DNA of 64,000 nt, from the NCBI GenBank assembly GCA_000004985.1, contig GG738891.1. One strand, 5' to 3'. Shown here piece after piece: positions 22,426 to 33,469 of the stretch; the first letter of the stretch is position 1, and the number at the start of each line of letters is the position of its first letter. Source of the DNA: Naegleria gruberi. Taxonomy: Eukaryota. The notes beneath the pieces are model-generated. The model ran no database searches and was not told the DNA's origin. It saw only the letters and a program-made list of their open reading frames with translations. Made by a program: the position numbers and the translations under genes.

Positions 22426-23776
22426 TTAAGGTTGTTTATTAATACCCAATCGCTCTTCATTAGCTGGTAGAGATAGCATGCCAGCAGAAGGTGAAAGAGC
22501 AAACTTGTAAAATTTATACCCATACGAATTGTGTACCCAAAATGATTCGAAATGCTCATCCACATTAATGGATTGAACATTCTTATATTCTGAAATTCCT
22601 CTCATTGCATGCACACCAAGCGCATCTTGTTTATGAGTAGAAACTAATGGATACAGGTAGCTCAAAACATAATCCTTTTCTGAATAATAGTGATATACAT
22701 TTGATTTAGCCAGACCTTCAGTAAGAATATCTCTAGACTCTTCTTCTGAGATGGCAGGAGCACACAAATGTACTTCATCAGGTCTGTATTCATATGGCAG
22801 TAACTTTAGAGCCTCTACAAGCCAAGTTATTATCAAAAATAGAGATGCAACATACCTATCAAATGTTTGGCACCAAGTGAATGGGCTACTATTCTCAATT
22901 TACCATGTTTCATTCTGAGTAAGTGTAGTTCCTTACTGAGCACTAGTGCAAACTCTTTTGCATTCTGGTTAGCTTTCATGAATTCATAGTAGACCAAAGC
23001 TAGAGTTAATGAGACATCTGTCAATAAAATACCTGGCAAAGTATACAGAGATGCAGCTGAGAAAAGCAGCCTACTCTTTCTCAATGCATTAATCACGTTA
23101 ACTCCAGCGTAGGCCAATGTGGTGAATGGAATTGGAACGAATGAGAGTGGGTTGAATGTTTTCTTTTCAGATTCTTGCAATGATTGAAAATCTATTTGGT
23201 GGGGCAAGCGGCCGCTCTCCCATTGCCAAGCCATTGCGTGTGAACCCCAATTGTGTGACTATAAATTGAGATATTCCAAATAAATATAATAATATAAATG
23301 GAAAGTATGTTATTTTAGGTAATATAAATTATTAGAAATGTACTATAAAAACATACTTCTCTCAATGATAAAACCTCATGTGAATTTTTCCAAGATTGGA
23401 AATGAGAAACATCATTAGAAAGTGAAAAATCTCCATCAGCACTTTTAAATTGCTTAATTAAATGTGATGTCGAAGTGTGAGATCCTAAAAATCCTTTCAC
23501 ATAGACTGTCATTTCATAATCCGTATCATTTCTATCCAACAATGTAGGATTTTCCACAGAAAGTGGAAGTAACAAGGCTGTTGGTTGTTTGAATTCCTTA
23601 TCTTTAGTTTCCAATTTTCTCACCCATTCGGAAATTTGTTTTTCCAAAGAATTTTCCACTTGGTTCCAATTAAAAAAACTTCTTTGTTGACATCCATTCA
23701 TCAATAACTTGGCATGATTCCGATGTTGCCTCATTTTCAGAAGGGTTGAAAAACTCACTCTACCAAGTTGATGCAT
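22426..23776 (-). CDS. DUF726/TMCO4-like alpha/beta-hydrolase-fold protein (3 exons)
   Basis: Exon1 about 23331-23776 (real ATG MHQLGRV..; donor GTATGT after ..SLRE). Exon2 about 22862-23253 contains RIVAHSLGAKHLI (GxSxG-type motif as in DUF726 GHSLGARV). A GTATGT..TGTAG intron follows. Exon3 22429-about 22838 (EALKLLPYEYRPDEVHLCAPAISEEE..). Confidence 0.6.
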
Positions 23777-23824
23777 TTTTTTTAATTTTTAATTTAGTTT
23801 TTGATTGACTTTACAAAAATATTT

Positions 23825-24794
23825 TTACAGATTTTCTTCATTAATTAAATGATCCTTGAGTTGCTTATCAGATGGCAACTTTTTGTTCTTAGTAGTAGTG
23901 AATATGTAAATACCTCCACCAATAATAATGGCAATGATGAGAACGAGAGCTAATCCGAAAACAACTCCGACAACAATAAGCATGGTATTATCAGATGGTA
24001 TTTCTCTAAAGGTTGGAAGACTGAGTTCTGGATTATTAGAATCACACAAATCCAAAATTTGAGATGGACAATCAATAAATTTCAAATCCTTATCCAAACA
24101 GAATTTAACTTCCAACAAGACAGTTCCATTGAAACAATTAATACCTGGTCTTCCATATCCTGATGCCTTGAATGCATCTTTCACATAATCCATCTTGTAA
24201 GTTTTACTCTTTGAAGCATAAATAGCATTATTTTCCAAATTATCATAAATACTCTTCATTCTCTTTCTTAATGAAAGTGTTTGATAGAAATAATCATAAA
24301 CTGGACGAGAACTGAATTGAGGGAGTTGATAAGCGCATGTTCCATGTTTAGTATATTCATATCTCCAAAATAAGAATGTTTCATTCTTGTAATCTTTAAT
24401 TCATTAATTTCTTTCTATTTGATTTAATAATTCACTTACCATGCCAATAAACTTGCAATTCACTCTTCAATTCATCAATGAGAGAATAATCGAATTTAGG
24501 TGCCTGACATTCAGCTGGTCCAAATGTATCAACCAAATTTCTATTCACATAAATTTCACAACAATTTGAAAATTACTTACGTTGGCCACAAACCATGAAT
24601 TCTAAAATTGTTTCACAATTATTTCATTATACACCTCAATAATCGTATTCATAGAGTTTCCATTTGAAAACTTACGTAAAATCATTAACATATTCAGGAA
24701 TGTAGCATGGTTGAATTTTTTGACAAATACTTCCAGGCCATGAAAGTGCAAAAACCTTGAAAATTTTTAAAGCAGTCCAGAGAAAGCAGTTCAT
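23825..24794 (-). CDS. RNase T2-family ribonuclease with C-terminal transmembrane anchor (5 exons including micro-exons)
   Basis: ATG at 24794: MNCFLWTALKIFKVFALSWPGSICQ..VNDFT. Intron. Micro-exon IHGLWP (CAS I, about 24580-24600). Intron. Exon ..DELKSELQVYWH (about 24437-24545). Intron. Exon YKNETFLFWRYEYTKHGTCA (CAS II, FW..E..KHGTC) continuing to 23825 with TM MLIVVGVVFGLALVLIIAIIIGGGIYIF and a short basic tail. Confidence 0.75.
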
Positions 24795-25210
24795 TTAAGT
24801 TGTGTGAAATATTCTAAAAACCTACAAATATATCAAAGGTTTCATTGGCATTAACTTGAATGGAGCGATGTTCGGGAATGGCCATTTCTTTCATTTGCAG
24901 AGTTACGGAACATTCAACATGGTAACCATTACTATTCCATTGTTGTGTGAAGAAAAGCAGAGAACAAAAAACGACAACCACTATAAATGATGATGGAAGA
25001 TGTCTGATGATTGTTGCAGAGCTGTTTGGTTGCATTTTTTTTGTGTTGGAATGGTTCATAATGGTACCTTCCCTTTGCGGATTTGTTTACCAGTTTGTGA
25101 AAGGTTGTTTGTTGAGTGCGAAGAGGAAGGTTATTGTAACATGACTCATTTGTACAATGGAATGGTGATGGATATTTATTTACACATAATTAGGATACAA
25201 TGAATGATTA

Positions 25211-26152
25211 TTATTTAGTCTTCTTATTGGCAGGTTGATTTGGTGGAGAAGCTTCTGGATTTGCTGGTCTTTTGAATGCTTGATTTGGTGAAGGTCTTTG
25301 GAAAACTGGTGGTGTCTGATTCTGAGAAGGATTAGAAGGTCTCTGGAAAACTGGTGTTTGATTTGTGGCAGATGTTGTAGTTTCTGGTTGGGGTGATTCT
25401 GGAATGGCAGATCCATCTAAATCTAGATCATCATCAATATTCAAACTTGATTCATTTTCTTCCTTGACATGAGTTGATCCAACTGTTTGACTATAATCAG
25501 CTGATGCAATAGATTCTAAATGTTGTTGAGTTGTATTAATAACAGGAAGAGAAGAGGAAGGAGATTGAGTTCCAAATGATTGTGAAAAATAAGGATTAGT
25601 TGGCTTTGGTTGATTTGTAGCTTGTCCAGGTTTCTTTAAAGTTGGCTTAGTGATTTGTTTGAGATGATCTCTATCATAAATTGTTAAACCTAGTGCATTA
25701 CCAAAATTTCTCAAAGCTCTCTTTAAACCATCACTAACTGCTGTCTTTTTTGCTTGTTCTATTGCAGCACCTCTTTGTTTTTGATTATCACTAGTACCAT
25801 ATCCGATATCTTCATGGAAAGATCCATCTTTCAAACTGACACGAATGATTGCAGAAACTCCACAATTAAATTTTCCTTGTTGTGTTTGTTCAACAAAATC
25901 GTTGGAAATTTCCATGATACTAGATGACCATCCATTAAATCCGAATGTTAAATTGGCCAATTCAATAGCTTTCCATGTTTCAATGTAGTGTACATTTTGA
26001 CCATTTGGTCCAGGACGTTTGGAAATTGCATCCGAATCTAACTTTTTTAATAATTCTCTCTGGAGAAAATCTCTTTCATTTATATCATAGTGAGTATTAC
26101 CAAACACACCAGTGTTGACTGTGGATTTTTCCTTCTTATCAGATTCCGACAT
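25211..26152 (-). CDS. RAD52: DNA repair and recombination protein Rad52
   Basis: Real ATG at 26152. GQNVHYIETWKAIELANLTFGFNGWSSSIMEISNDFVEQTQQGKFNCGVSAIIRVSLKDGSFHEDIGYG..AVSDGLKRALRNFGNALG is collinear with the human RAD52 N-terminal DNA-binding domain. Low-complexity P/Q-rich C-terminus. Confidence 0.9.
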   Translation of the reverse strand: MSESDKKEKSTVNTGVFGNTHYDINERDFLQRELLKKLDSDAISKRPGPNGQNVHYIETWKAIELANLTFGFNGWSSSIMEISNDFVEQTQQGKFNCGVSAIIRVSLKDGSFHEDIGYGTSDNQKQRGAAIEQAKKTAVSDGLKRALRNFGNALGLTIYDRDHLKQITKPTLKKPGQATNQPKPTNPYFSQSFGTQSPSSSLPVINTTQQHLESIASADYSQTVGSTHVKEENESSLNIDDDLDLDGSAIPESPQPETTTSATNQTPVFQRPSNPSQNQTPPVFQRPSPNQAFKRPANPEASPPNQPANKKTK

Positions 26153-26354
26153 TGATGTTTTTTTAGTGGTGAGAGGAAAAGGCTTTGTTTTGTTTTTTTT
26201 TGATCCTAAAATTTTCTTCTTTTTTATGGATTCTTGTGCCAGCTCGAACTCGTTTTATTCCAGATAGAAGAAGAAAAAATTATTATATCCTATAATTATT
26301 ATTGATTTTTAATAACAACTGAGGTATTTTGTGGAATATCATATTTGAGATGGT

Positions 26355-27572
26355 TTATTTTGATTTTCTAGCATTCAATTTTTCTACAGCTGTTGAGAAA
26401 ACCTCATCCTTCTTCTTGTCATATTCTTCAAGAGTTGAGTCAATGGATTCAATTTCCTCACTTGTTAAATTACAATCTCTAGCTTTAAGCATTGCTGTAT
26501 AATTAGTTGCACAATGCTTAAACAGAGCATCTCTGATACTATTATTCTTTGTTGAATCAAAAACTGGTAAATCATCCACAACTTCCATCAATTTGTTTAA
26601 ATATCTACACATTACACTCCAATTTTGACCATTTTTCACTTCTGTTGTCTTTTCTGTCACACTCTTTTTGAATGAAGTCAACGTTGGTTTAACCCTCTTG
26701 AAGGCATAGTCGTCACGGTTAGTTCCATATTTTGCTCTTGGGAATGCTTTTTCAACATTTCTTCTTAATTGTTCCAAATCTTGAATAGCTCCATCCACAT
26801 CAGCATCAGGACATATAGTTAGAATATCTTGTTGAAGAGTATCATATTTTGAAGGGAATTTCTCTGGAAGTGTAGTAATTAATTGAATAAGCTCATCCTT
26901 TTCCAAAGATTTGAGCTTTTTACTCAAATCAACTTTAGGCTTTTTTGTGGCTGATGAAGGCTTGCTTGGTGTTTTCCTCTTCTTTGGTGTTTTTTCTTCT
27001 GCAGTCTCCGTCACTATCACAGATGAGCTAGTATTCGTAACAGTAAGTGGTTGTTGTTGCATTGGTTGTTGGTTAGAAGATGACAAATTATTGTTTTGTG
27101 CTTGCATGGAAGCTGTATTATTATTATTGGTATTATTATAGTTTGGTAATTGTATTGTTTGTGGAGTGAGTTGCTGATGTTGTGGAGTAGTAGTATTATT
27201 ATTCATGATATTATTATTGGGAAGAGATTTCTGAAGTCCTGCAAGATGTTGTTGCTGTTGTTGAAGCATTATATATTGATATTGATTCAATAACGCTTGC
27301 ACATTATTATTATTATTATTATTTGATAACAGGCTATTCAATAAATGTTGCTGAGCAGCACCAGCAGCAGAAGGATTGACCATGCCAAACAAATTACTTA
27401 AGGCTGCCGATGACGGAGTGGAGGGTGATTGTACATTAGAAGGGAGTGTTGCATTAGAAGAAGACGAAGGGTTCTTTTGATTGGAATTTCCGTTACTATT
27501 ATTCGTTGTTGTTGCTTGTTGAATGTAAGTTGGTGGTGAGGCGTTAACGAAAACAAAATTGTTGTTGGACAT
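26355..27572 (-). CDS. N/Q-rich low-complexity nuclear-type protein with basic NLS-like stretch and conserved-looking C-terminal helical domain
   Basis: Real ATG at 27572. Poly-N/poly-Q N-terminal half ((AAT)n/(CAA)n microsatellite-like coding). KKRKTPSKPSSATKKPK. Structured C-terminal domain (..LIQLITTLPEKFPS..). Family not recognised. Confidence 0.5.
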   Translation of the reverse strand: MSNNNFVFVNASPPTYIQQATTTNNSNGNSNQKNPSSSSNATLPSNVQSPSTPSSAALSNLFGMVNPSAAGAAQQHLLNSLLSNNNNNNNVQALLNQYQYIMLQQQQQHLAGLQKSLPNNNIMNNNTTTPQHQQLTPQTIQLPNYNNTNNNNTASMQAQNNNLSSSNQQPMQQQPLTVTNTSSSVIVTETAEEKTPKKRKTPSKPSSATKKPKVDLSKKLKSLEKDELIQLITTLPEKFPSKYDTLQQDILTICPDADVDGAIQDLEQLRRNVEKAFPRAKYGTNRDDYAFKRVKPTLTSFKKSVTEKTTEVKNGQNWSVMCRYLNKLMEVVDDLPVFDSTKNNSIRDALFKHCATNYTAMLKARDCNLTSEEIESIDSTLEEYDKKKDEVFSTAVEKLNARKSK

Positions 27573-27635
27573 TTTTTAATTACTTTGTTGGTGGTGAGTG
27601 GAAGATTGAAATGATATCATTTTCAAAGGGAATGT

Positions 27636-28306
27636 TTATTGTTGAATAACAACTACTGAAGAAGGATAGGAAGGTTGCTGTTGTGGAGTTGGTTTTGGCT
27701 TGGTTATCACTTGATAGTACATGAAGCCACTTATTGAACTAACTATTGCCAAGATGGCAATAAAGACTGACAAAATCAAGGCGAGAGTTGTGTGAGCATA
27801 GTTCAAACCAGGAGTAATTGCCCTGAACATGGTTAATCTAGAAGTATTATTAATAACAGAGTATCCATATTCTAATTGAAAATCAAATTATAAAATTAAT
27901 ATTACTACTTAATAATTGTCAATCATAGGAACCACCTACCTGTTAAAGCAATGAAGAAGAAACAAATACTAAGGAATGGTAATCCTATCATACATCCACA
28001 TACATTATACTGTAACAAGGCCTTTCTATTGCTATCATCCACAGTCTGATGAACTACACCAACAATTCCTGTAACTCCATAAGATAGTGTCAGGAAATTT
28101 AATCCAAACATTAGAACATCAGACATTCCATAACCAACCATTAAGTTTGAAAACCAAATAACACCCACGGTGAAATGGTAGAAAAACAAGAATAGTGAAA
28201 ATGCTGAAATAATTATGCTCGTCACCAGGTGGAATATCTTCTTGTGTTTATCTGTTATTTTGTCATTGATTGATGAGAGAGTGGCGAGAGGGTTCGTACT
28301 GCTCAT
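27636..28306 (-). CDS. Small four-pass membrane protein (2 exons)
   Basis: Exon1 from ATG 28306 (MSSTNPLATL..) with three hydrophobic segments. Donor GTAGGT at about 27922, acceptor AATTAG at about 27860. Exon2 reads in frame into the 27636-27830 ORF (fourth TM LALILSVFIAILAIVSSISGFMYY, P/Q-rich tail). Confidence 0.5.
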
Positions 28307-28578
28307 TGTTTTTCTTGTTGGTTGTTGTTTACAGTAAGTTGAGGCGCTTTGTGAATTGCTTGCACAAGTGATAATAGTATATGTGGCAATTCTTTCTTTT
28401 TATGACCAATTTTAGATTGATGCATTACTGTTACACAATTTTACCTTATAAATTTATTAAGGGAGCTTGTGCTGTGAGAGTGTGCTTGATTGTTTTCATT
28501 CACACAACACAAAAAACAAGAATCTTCATTCTTCTGAGCACAAAATCCCAAAAACTGTCACAACAAAAAACAACGAGA

Positions 28579-29452
28579 ATGCAAGCAGACGAACCTGTAC
28601 AACCAACAAATGTAGTTGTTGAAATACCAACAAATAACACGCCTCCATTTGTAATCACACCAACACCAACACCTTTTTACATTACCAATGAGCCTATGGT
28701 TGCTTCTGCTTCATTTTCCACACCAACAATTCCAACTAGCTTTCCAACACCAACACCTTATTACATTAACAATGCTTCTGCTTCATATGTCACTCCAACT
28801 GTAGCAACAACAACAGTTATCGTGGTTGAGCAAAAACCACCATCATCTCACTCACAATGGAAAATAGCTCACACTGTTCTCACCTCCATTCACCTAGTGT
28901 GGGTTATTGTTCAGGTTTTCTATCACTTTATTATGATGATTTCATTCTTCACAAGTGGAATTGCTGGATATGCTATCGCTGATTTGATCTTATTGTTGAT
29001 AAGCTTGTTTTATCTTGTTGTGGGAATAATTGGACTTGTTGTCATGTGGTTGCCATCAACAGCAATATCACCACTGGCTGCATTAAGATTATTGAAATTT
29101 AGCACCATGGCCAACGTGATGGGAACTCATTACATGACGTTCCTGTATTTGCTAATGTGGGTTACTGGTAAGTATTGAGCCTTGTTTTATTTTGACTATA
29201 ATGGAAAAACCAGAGTTTGCACATTCCCCAATTCTATTCTATGTCTTTACGGATATAATCTTTTCCAAAATTGATCCAAGAAGCGAATTGGGGTTACTTC
29301 ACCCTGGTATTTCAATAATTCCATTTGCTATCCATCTAGTGATAGCTGTTCTTATTAGTGTCACCTCAATCAATTTTTATCAAGTAATGGAACCAATTTA
29401 TAATGAAATGATTATCGTTAAGGGGAAACATGAGAAGAATATTCAACAATAA
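28579..29452 (+). CDS. Paralogous four-pass membrane protein (2 exons), divergently transcribed from the preceding gene
   Basis: Probable ATG at 28579 (MQADEPVQ..); the track ORF begins upstream at 28381. Pro/Thr-rich N-terminus. HTVLTSIHLVWVIVQVFYHF.. parallels HKKIFHLVTSIIISAFSLFLFFYHF.. of the neighbouring gene. Donor GTAAGT at 29169, acceptor at about 29213, then exon 29192-29452. Confidence 0.5.
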
Positions 29453-29923
29453 ACTTAATTTTCAATAAACATGAAATTAATTGAATGGAAATTTAATAGA
29501 ATGTTTTATTTAAATTCAACAGTGGTGTAACAAATGATCATTGAAGCAGCATACGGCCTCTATTTATTAGAGAATGCTTGTACTCAAATAATTACCAGTG
29601 GTTCTTGTTGGTGATTCCCCCTCACAACAACATTCCTTATTGTTTTCTTGACTAATTCAGAGCTATAACGGATTGATTAATGGTATCTATGGGAGAACGA
29701 CAATATAACAATGAGGAAAATGTTGAAATAATAATTACTGTTATTTATAATAAATTATTAGTGGGGAGTAAGGTTTTTCAACGACTATTCAGTCATTACA
29801 TTATGAACCTTATTTTGTTTTGTTTTTCTTCAATTATTGTATTAATATTAACAATTGAATATCTCGCAGGGTATGTACATGTTAAATAGCTCTTTCGAGA
29901 TTAAATTTGTAAAAGGAATTTGT

Positions 29924-30376
29924 TTAAGGAACATCTCTCCTTCTGTGTGGATGATGCTGTGCAGAAGGAGGCCTTAGCAGGGAATCAAGAGAGGAATATG
30001 ATGGATTAGAACGTGTCTCTTTTAACGACTGTAGAGAACCCCTGAAGTATCTGGAATCAATTTCATTCGGTTTAAATCGTGATGGAGCAACATCCACCAC
30101 AATGCTTGGTATTGAAGTGCTCTTGACCATTGATGGTCTTCTCATCACCTTGCTACTCTTGGAAAATAAGCTTGATGATGATGAATTGAGGGATACTATT
30201 GATGTTCGTTTTCTAGAGCCAGCTTCATAGGTTTTAGCTCTATCACCAAACACTATCTGGTTTTGATTTTCAACATGATCTTGTTTCTCGTTCTCAATAA
30301 TGTGAAGACAAGTGCTTCCACAAAGGCCCATCTTGATGTTTTTTTGATTGTTGTTGAGGAAATGTTGTGCACACAT
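29924..30376 (-). CDS. Small Ser-rich hypothetical protein; alternative start at 30329 would give an N-terminal MGLCGS acylation motif
   Basis: Real ATGs at 30376 (MCAQHF..) and 30329 (MGLCGSTC..). No homology recognised. Confidence 0.35.
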   Translation of the reverse strand: MCAQHFLNNNQKNIKMGLCGSTCLHIIENEKQDHVENQNQIVFGDRAKTYEAGSRKRTSIVSLNSSSSSLFSKSSKVMRRPSMVKSTSIPSIVVDVAPSRFKPNEIDSRYFRGSLQSLKETRSNPSYSSLDSLLRPPSAQHHPHRRRDVP

Positions 30377-31094
30377 CCTGATGTAGTTAAAACATTAGAT
30401 CATCTAAGAGAGGGACTTCCTCACCCCATCGTATTTTGCTTGCGCCAAATGAAGACTAAATAAGGACGAATTCAACTTACCACATCCAAAAGCGTGTCAA
30501 GTCTTGGAATGGTTAGAAAATTACATGAAATGGCAACCACAGCGTAGCACATCTAATCCTGTTTAAGACCATTGCCCCTATTGATGTATCCTTAAATTGT
30601 TACCGTTAACACTTGCCTTAATGAATCATATTCTGTAATCAACCAGTAAATGAAAATCAATGTATCAACATTAAAAGAAATCTAAAAATCTCAAGTGAAA
30701 GGAATTTCTCTCCTTCCAGATTCCAATTCCTTTGTTTTCCAAATTACATCACAACAATGCCAATAACGTTTATTCACCGTAATCCTAAGAATCATTATCA
30801 AATATCGGCAAAACAAACGAATAAAGAAAATCTACAACCTTAAGAATCCAAATTTTCGAGGTTTGTTTTAACTGTACCTTATTACTTAATTATTGAAAGT
30901 TCATTCGTTGATAACAAACACTTTCACTGGCGCTACTCACTACACCTTTGTTAATTGAATAACATGCTATATATAATCAATAGAACAACTTTTGATTTTA
31001 GTTGAAAACTGATTCTATGAAATCCTTGTCTTCCTTAATTTCACTATTTTTTTTGTTAAAATTTGTACTGGTTGAAATATTGTTGTAACAAGAT

Positions 31095-31106
31095 TGGCGC
31101 CAAAAA
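31095..31106. promoter_or_regulatory. Candidate E2F-type palindromic site TTGGCGCCAAAA upstream of the LMBR1-like gene
   Basis: A TTGGCGCCAA palindrome lies about 70 nt upstream of ATG 31177. Confidence 0.25.
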
Positions 31107-31176
31107 ATCAAGATATTATCACCTCAAAAGTGTTCGTTAGAGATCCTCTCTCAATTTCCTTTCAATTTTAAAAAAA

Positions 31177-33444
31177 ATGAACGAACTGGTTGGGGCAACC
31201 GCTGCGTTACTCTATCCGATAACCCCAACAACAACGTCATCGGCCGGCAATGTTGCCCTGGATGATGATCATTATAATTTATTTTCGGAGAGTGTTAATT
31301 TTGTATTGATGAATATTTCAAATAATTCAACAAATGGAACAGTAACAGAAACACAACCAATCGATTTATTCTTTTCTTTGAGTTTGGGATTAACAGTTGT
31401 TTGTGGATTGTTGTTTTCTTATCTTATTTTGAGACATTATACAAAGCATTCACCATTATCTTGGTTTTTATACATCCCTCTCGTACTTACATTCTCTCTC
31501 CTTTTCACATCAGTTTGCATGGTCTGTATTGATTTGGCTGCTGCTAGGTCTGTTGATATGTCATCGGCTAAAACCGATGCCAATAGAGCACTAGAAATTG
31601 CTTGGCGTGTTATTTATTGGACCTGTTTCGTTTTGGCTCAGGTTTTACTCCCACTTTTCAAGGGATACCAATTTACAGGTGAATTTAAGGGCATCTTTAA
31701 ACTCTTGAAATCAATTGTTATGAATTTATTGACCATTTCTGTAATGTTAGGCATTGGTGTTGCTGGTTTAGCAGGATTTTTGATTTATATTGCGGTAGTG
31801 GATGATATCAAAAATGTGACATTTAACATGCTTCTTGGTTTGGCTCTTTCATTGTCCAACCTTGTAGGTCTGTCTCTATTGATTACTTTACTCGGATATG
31901 GTATTGTTGTGTTACCAAGAACATTGTGGGAAATCTCTAACGATCAAAGACAACTCAGAATGTATGAATTCAAAACTGTTGGACTCTTGGAAAACCTCAA
32001 CGATACTGAAGATGAAGTAATTGAACTCATTTCAGTTTGTAAGAAACTCCACAGTACTGTTCCTGAAAATCACAAGGAAAGAAAGAACGTACTCAGAATG
32101 ATGAAAACTGTTGATAAGGTCATTGAAGATCACCCTCAACTCCAAAATGCTAGACTCAGAGATAGATTTGAACCTGGATTACTTCCTGCAGTAGAAACGC
32201 TTACAAGATGGCAACTCGTAAACATTCACAAAAATCTTGTAAATGCTATTCTTGAATTTAGTATTAACCAATATCAATGGAAGCATTTGCAAATTCAAGC
32301 TTTCATACTTCAAGATATTGTCGATTCAAAGAGCAATGGTTCTAGAAAGATTGATTCCCCTTTCCGTAGATGGAGATTTTCATTTGTTCAAAAGATGCTC
32401 CAATTTCCTGAATGGTTATTCAGAAAGTTTATTAGACCTTGGTTCTTGAAGCTTGTTGCTGTTGTATACGTTCTCTTCTCCTTGATTCTCTTGTGGTGTC
32501 AATTTACTCCATTATTTAAGAATGTTACAACTGTTAAGCTTTCAGTTTTAGAAATGTTAATTTCATCAATTGGAGATCGTTTTGTTGTTCAATTTGTTGC
32601 TTTAGGTATTATTTCTGTTATTTTAGCAACAGTATTGGTAGCTTTATTTAATGTTAGAGTGATGGAATATTTCAGATTGATTCCAGGTCACACAGATTCT
32701 TACAGTTTGTTCTACACTGCTCAATTGCTGTGTAGAGTTATTCCTAGTATGATGTTTAACTTCTTGCAATTGATTGGTGTCAGTAAGAATGATGGTGTTG
32801 CCTACTTTAATATTTATGGTGAATTGAGAATGGATGGTTTACTTAAGTTTGGTGTTATTGGTGGTTTTATTGTCGATTACCTTCCATTAGGTATTTTCCT
32901 TGTTGTCTTTGTTGCAGCATTCAGAATTTTAGAAAGACTTGGAACATTGATCAACATTGAAAGATTCAAGTATTCAGGTACTGAAAAAGTTACAGATGAA
33001 AGAGTTTTAGAAGGCAGAGAAATCTTGGCTCGTGTCAGAGAAAGAAAGCTTAAACATATTGAAAAAGCTAAAGAAGAAAATAGAGATGGAAGCTTTAGTA
33101 TTACAAAACTCTTTGACAAGTTGGATGAACATGATGTTGGATCTGGATCTTCAAAGAAGAAGTCATCCAAACGTAAACAAAATGAAGACGATGATGACTC
33201 AGATACCATCAAATTTAGTGACAAGTTTTTGGAAGATATTGATCAATTTGCTGAAAAACCATCAGAAAGACACTACCAAAGTGGTAGTAAGAAGGAAAAG
33301 AGTAAGCCAAGAGGTTTCTCTAGAATGGATGACGAAGAAGTCAGTATGGATGATGATATACCACTTAATAGTTATCGTCCTCATGATGATCTTATCAATA
33401 AGATCAGATCCAACAGAAGTAAGAAGTTTGAATCAGTTTTGTAA
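31177..33444 (+). CDS. LMBR1-like multi-pass membrane protein
   Basis: Single 755-aa ORF with real ATG. N-terminal TM block, central cytoplasmic loop and C-terminal TM block. KGYQFTGEFKGIFKLLKSIVMNLLTISVMLGIGVAGLAGFLIY parallels human LMBR1L ESEGFAGSRKGVLGRVYETVVMLMLLTLLVLGMVWVASAIV. Charged C-terminal tail. Confidence 0.6.
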   Translation: MNELVGATAALLYPITPTTTSSAGNVALDDDHYNLFSESVNFVLMNISNNSTNGTVTETQPIDLFFSLSLGLTVVCGLLFSYLILRHYTKHSPLSWFLYIPLVLTFSLLFTSVCMVCIDLAAARSVDMSSAKTDANRALEIAWRVIYWTCFVLAQVLLPLFKGYQFTGEFKGIFKLLKSIVMNLLTISVMLGIGVAGLAGFLIYIAVVDDIKNVTFNMLLGLALSLSNLVGLSLLITLLGYGIVVLPRTLWEISNDQRQLRMYEFKTVGLLENLNDTEDEVIELISVCKKLHSTVPENHKERKNVLRMMKTVDKVIEDHPQLQNARLRDRFEPGLLPAVETLTRWQLVNIHKNLVNAILEFSINQYQWKHLQIQAFILQDIVDSKSNGSRKIDSPFRRWRFSFVQKMLQFPEWLFRKFIRPWFLKLVAVVYVLFSLILLWCQFTPLFKNVTTVKLSVLEMLISSIGDRFVVQFVALGIISVILATVLVALFNVRVMEYFRLIPGHTDSYSLFYTAQLLCRVIPSMMFNFLQLIGVSKNDGVAYFNIYGELRMDGLLKFGVIGGFIVDYLPLGIFLVVFVAAFRILERLGTLINIERFKYSGTEKVTDERVLEGREILARVRERKLKHIEKAKEENRDGSFSITKLFDKLDEHDVGSGSSKKKSSKRKQNEDDDDSDTIKFSDKFLEDIDQFAEKPSERHYQSGSKKEKSKPRGFSRMDDEEVSMDDDIPLNSYRPHDDLINKIRSNRSKKFESVL

Positions 33445-33469
33445 ATAATAATAAATAATTTATTCAATT

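Noticed and set aside
24814-25203. Small ORFs (81, 65 and 67 aa) between the RNase T2 and Rad52 genes
   Set aside because: They are short and mutually overlapping on both strands, with no motifs. This is likely promoter or spacer sequence for the two flanking genes.
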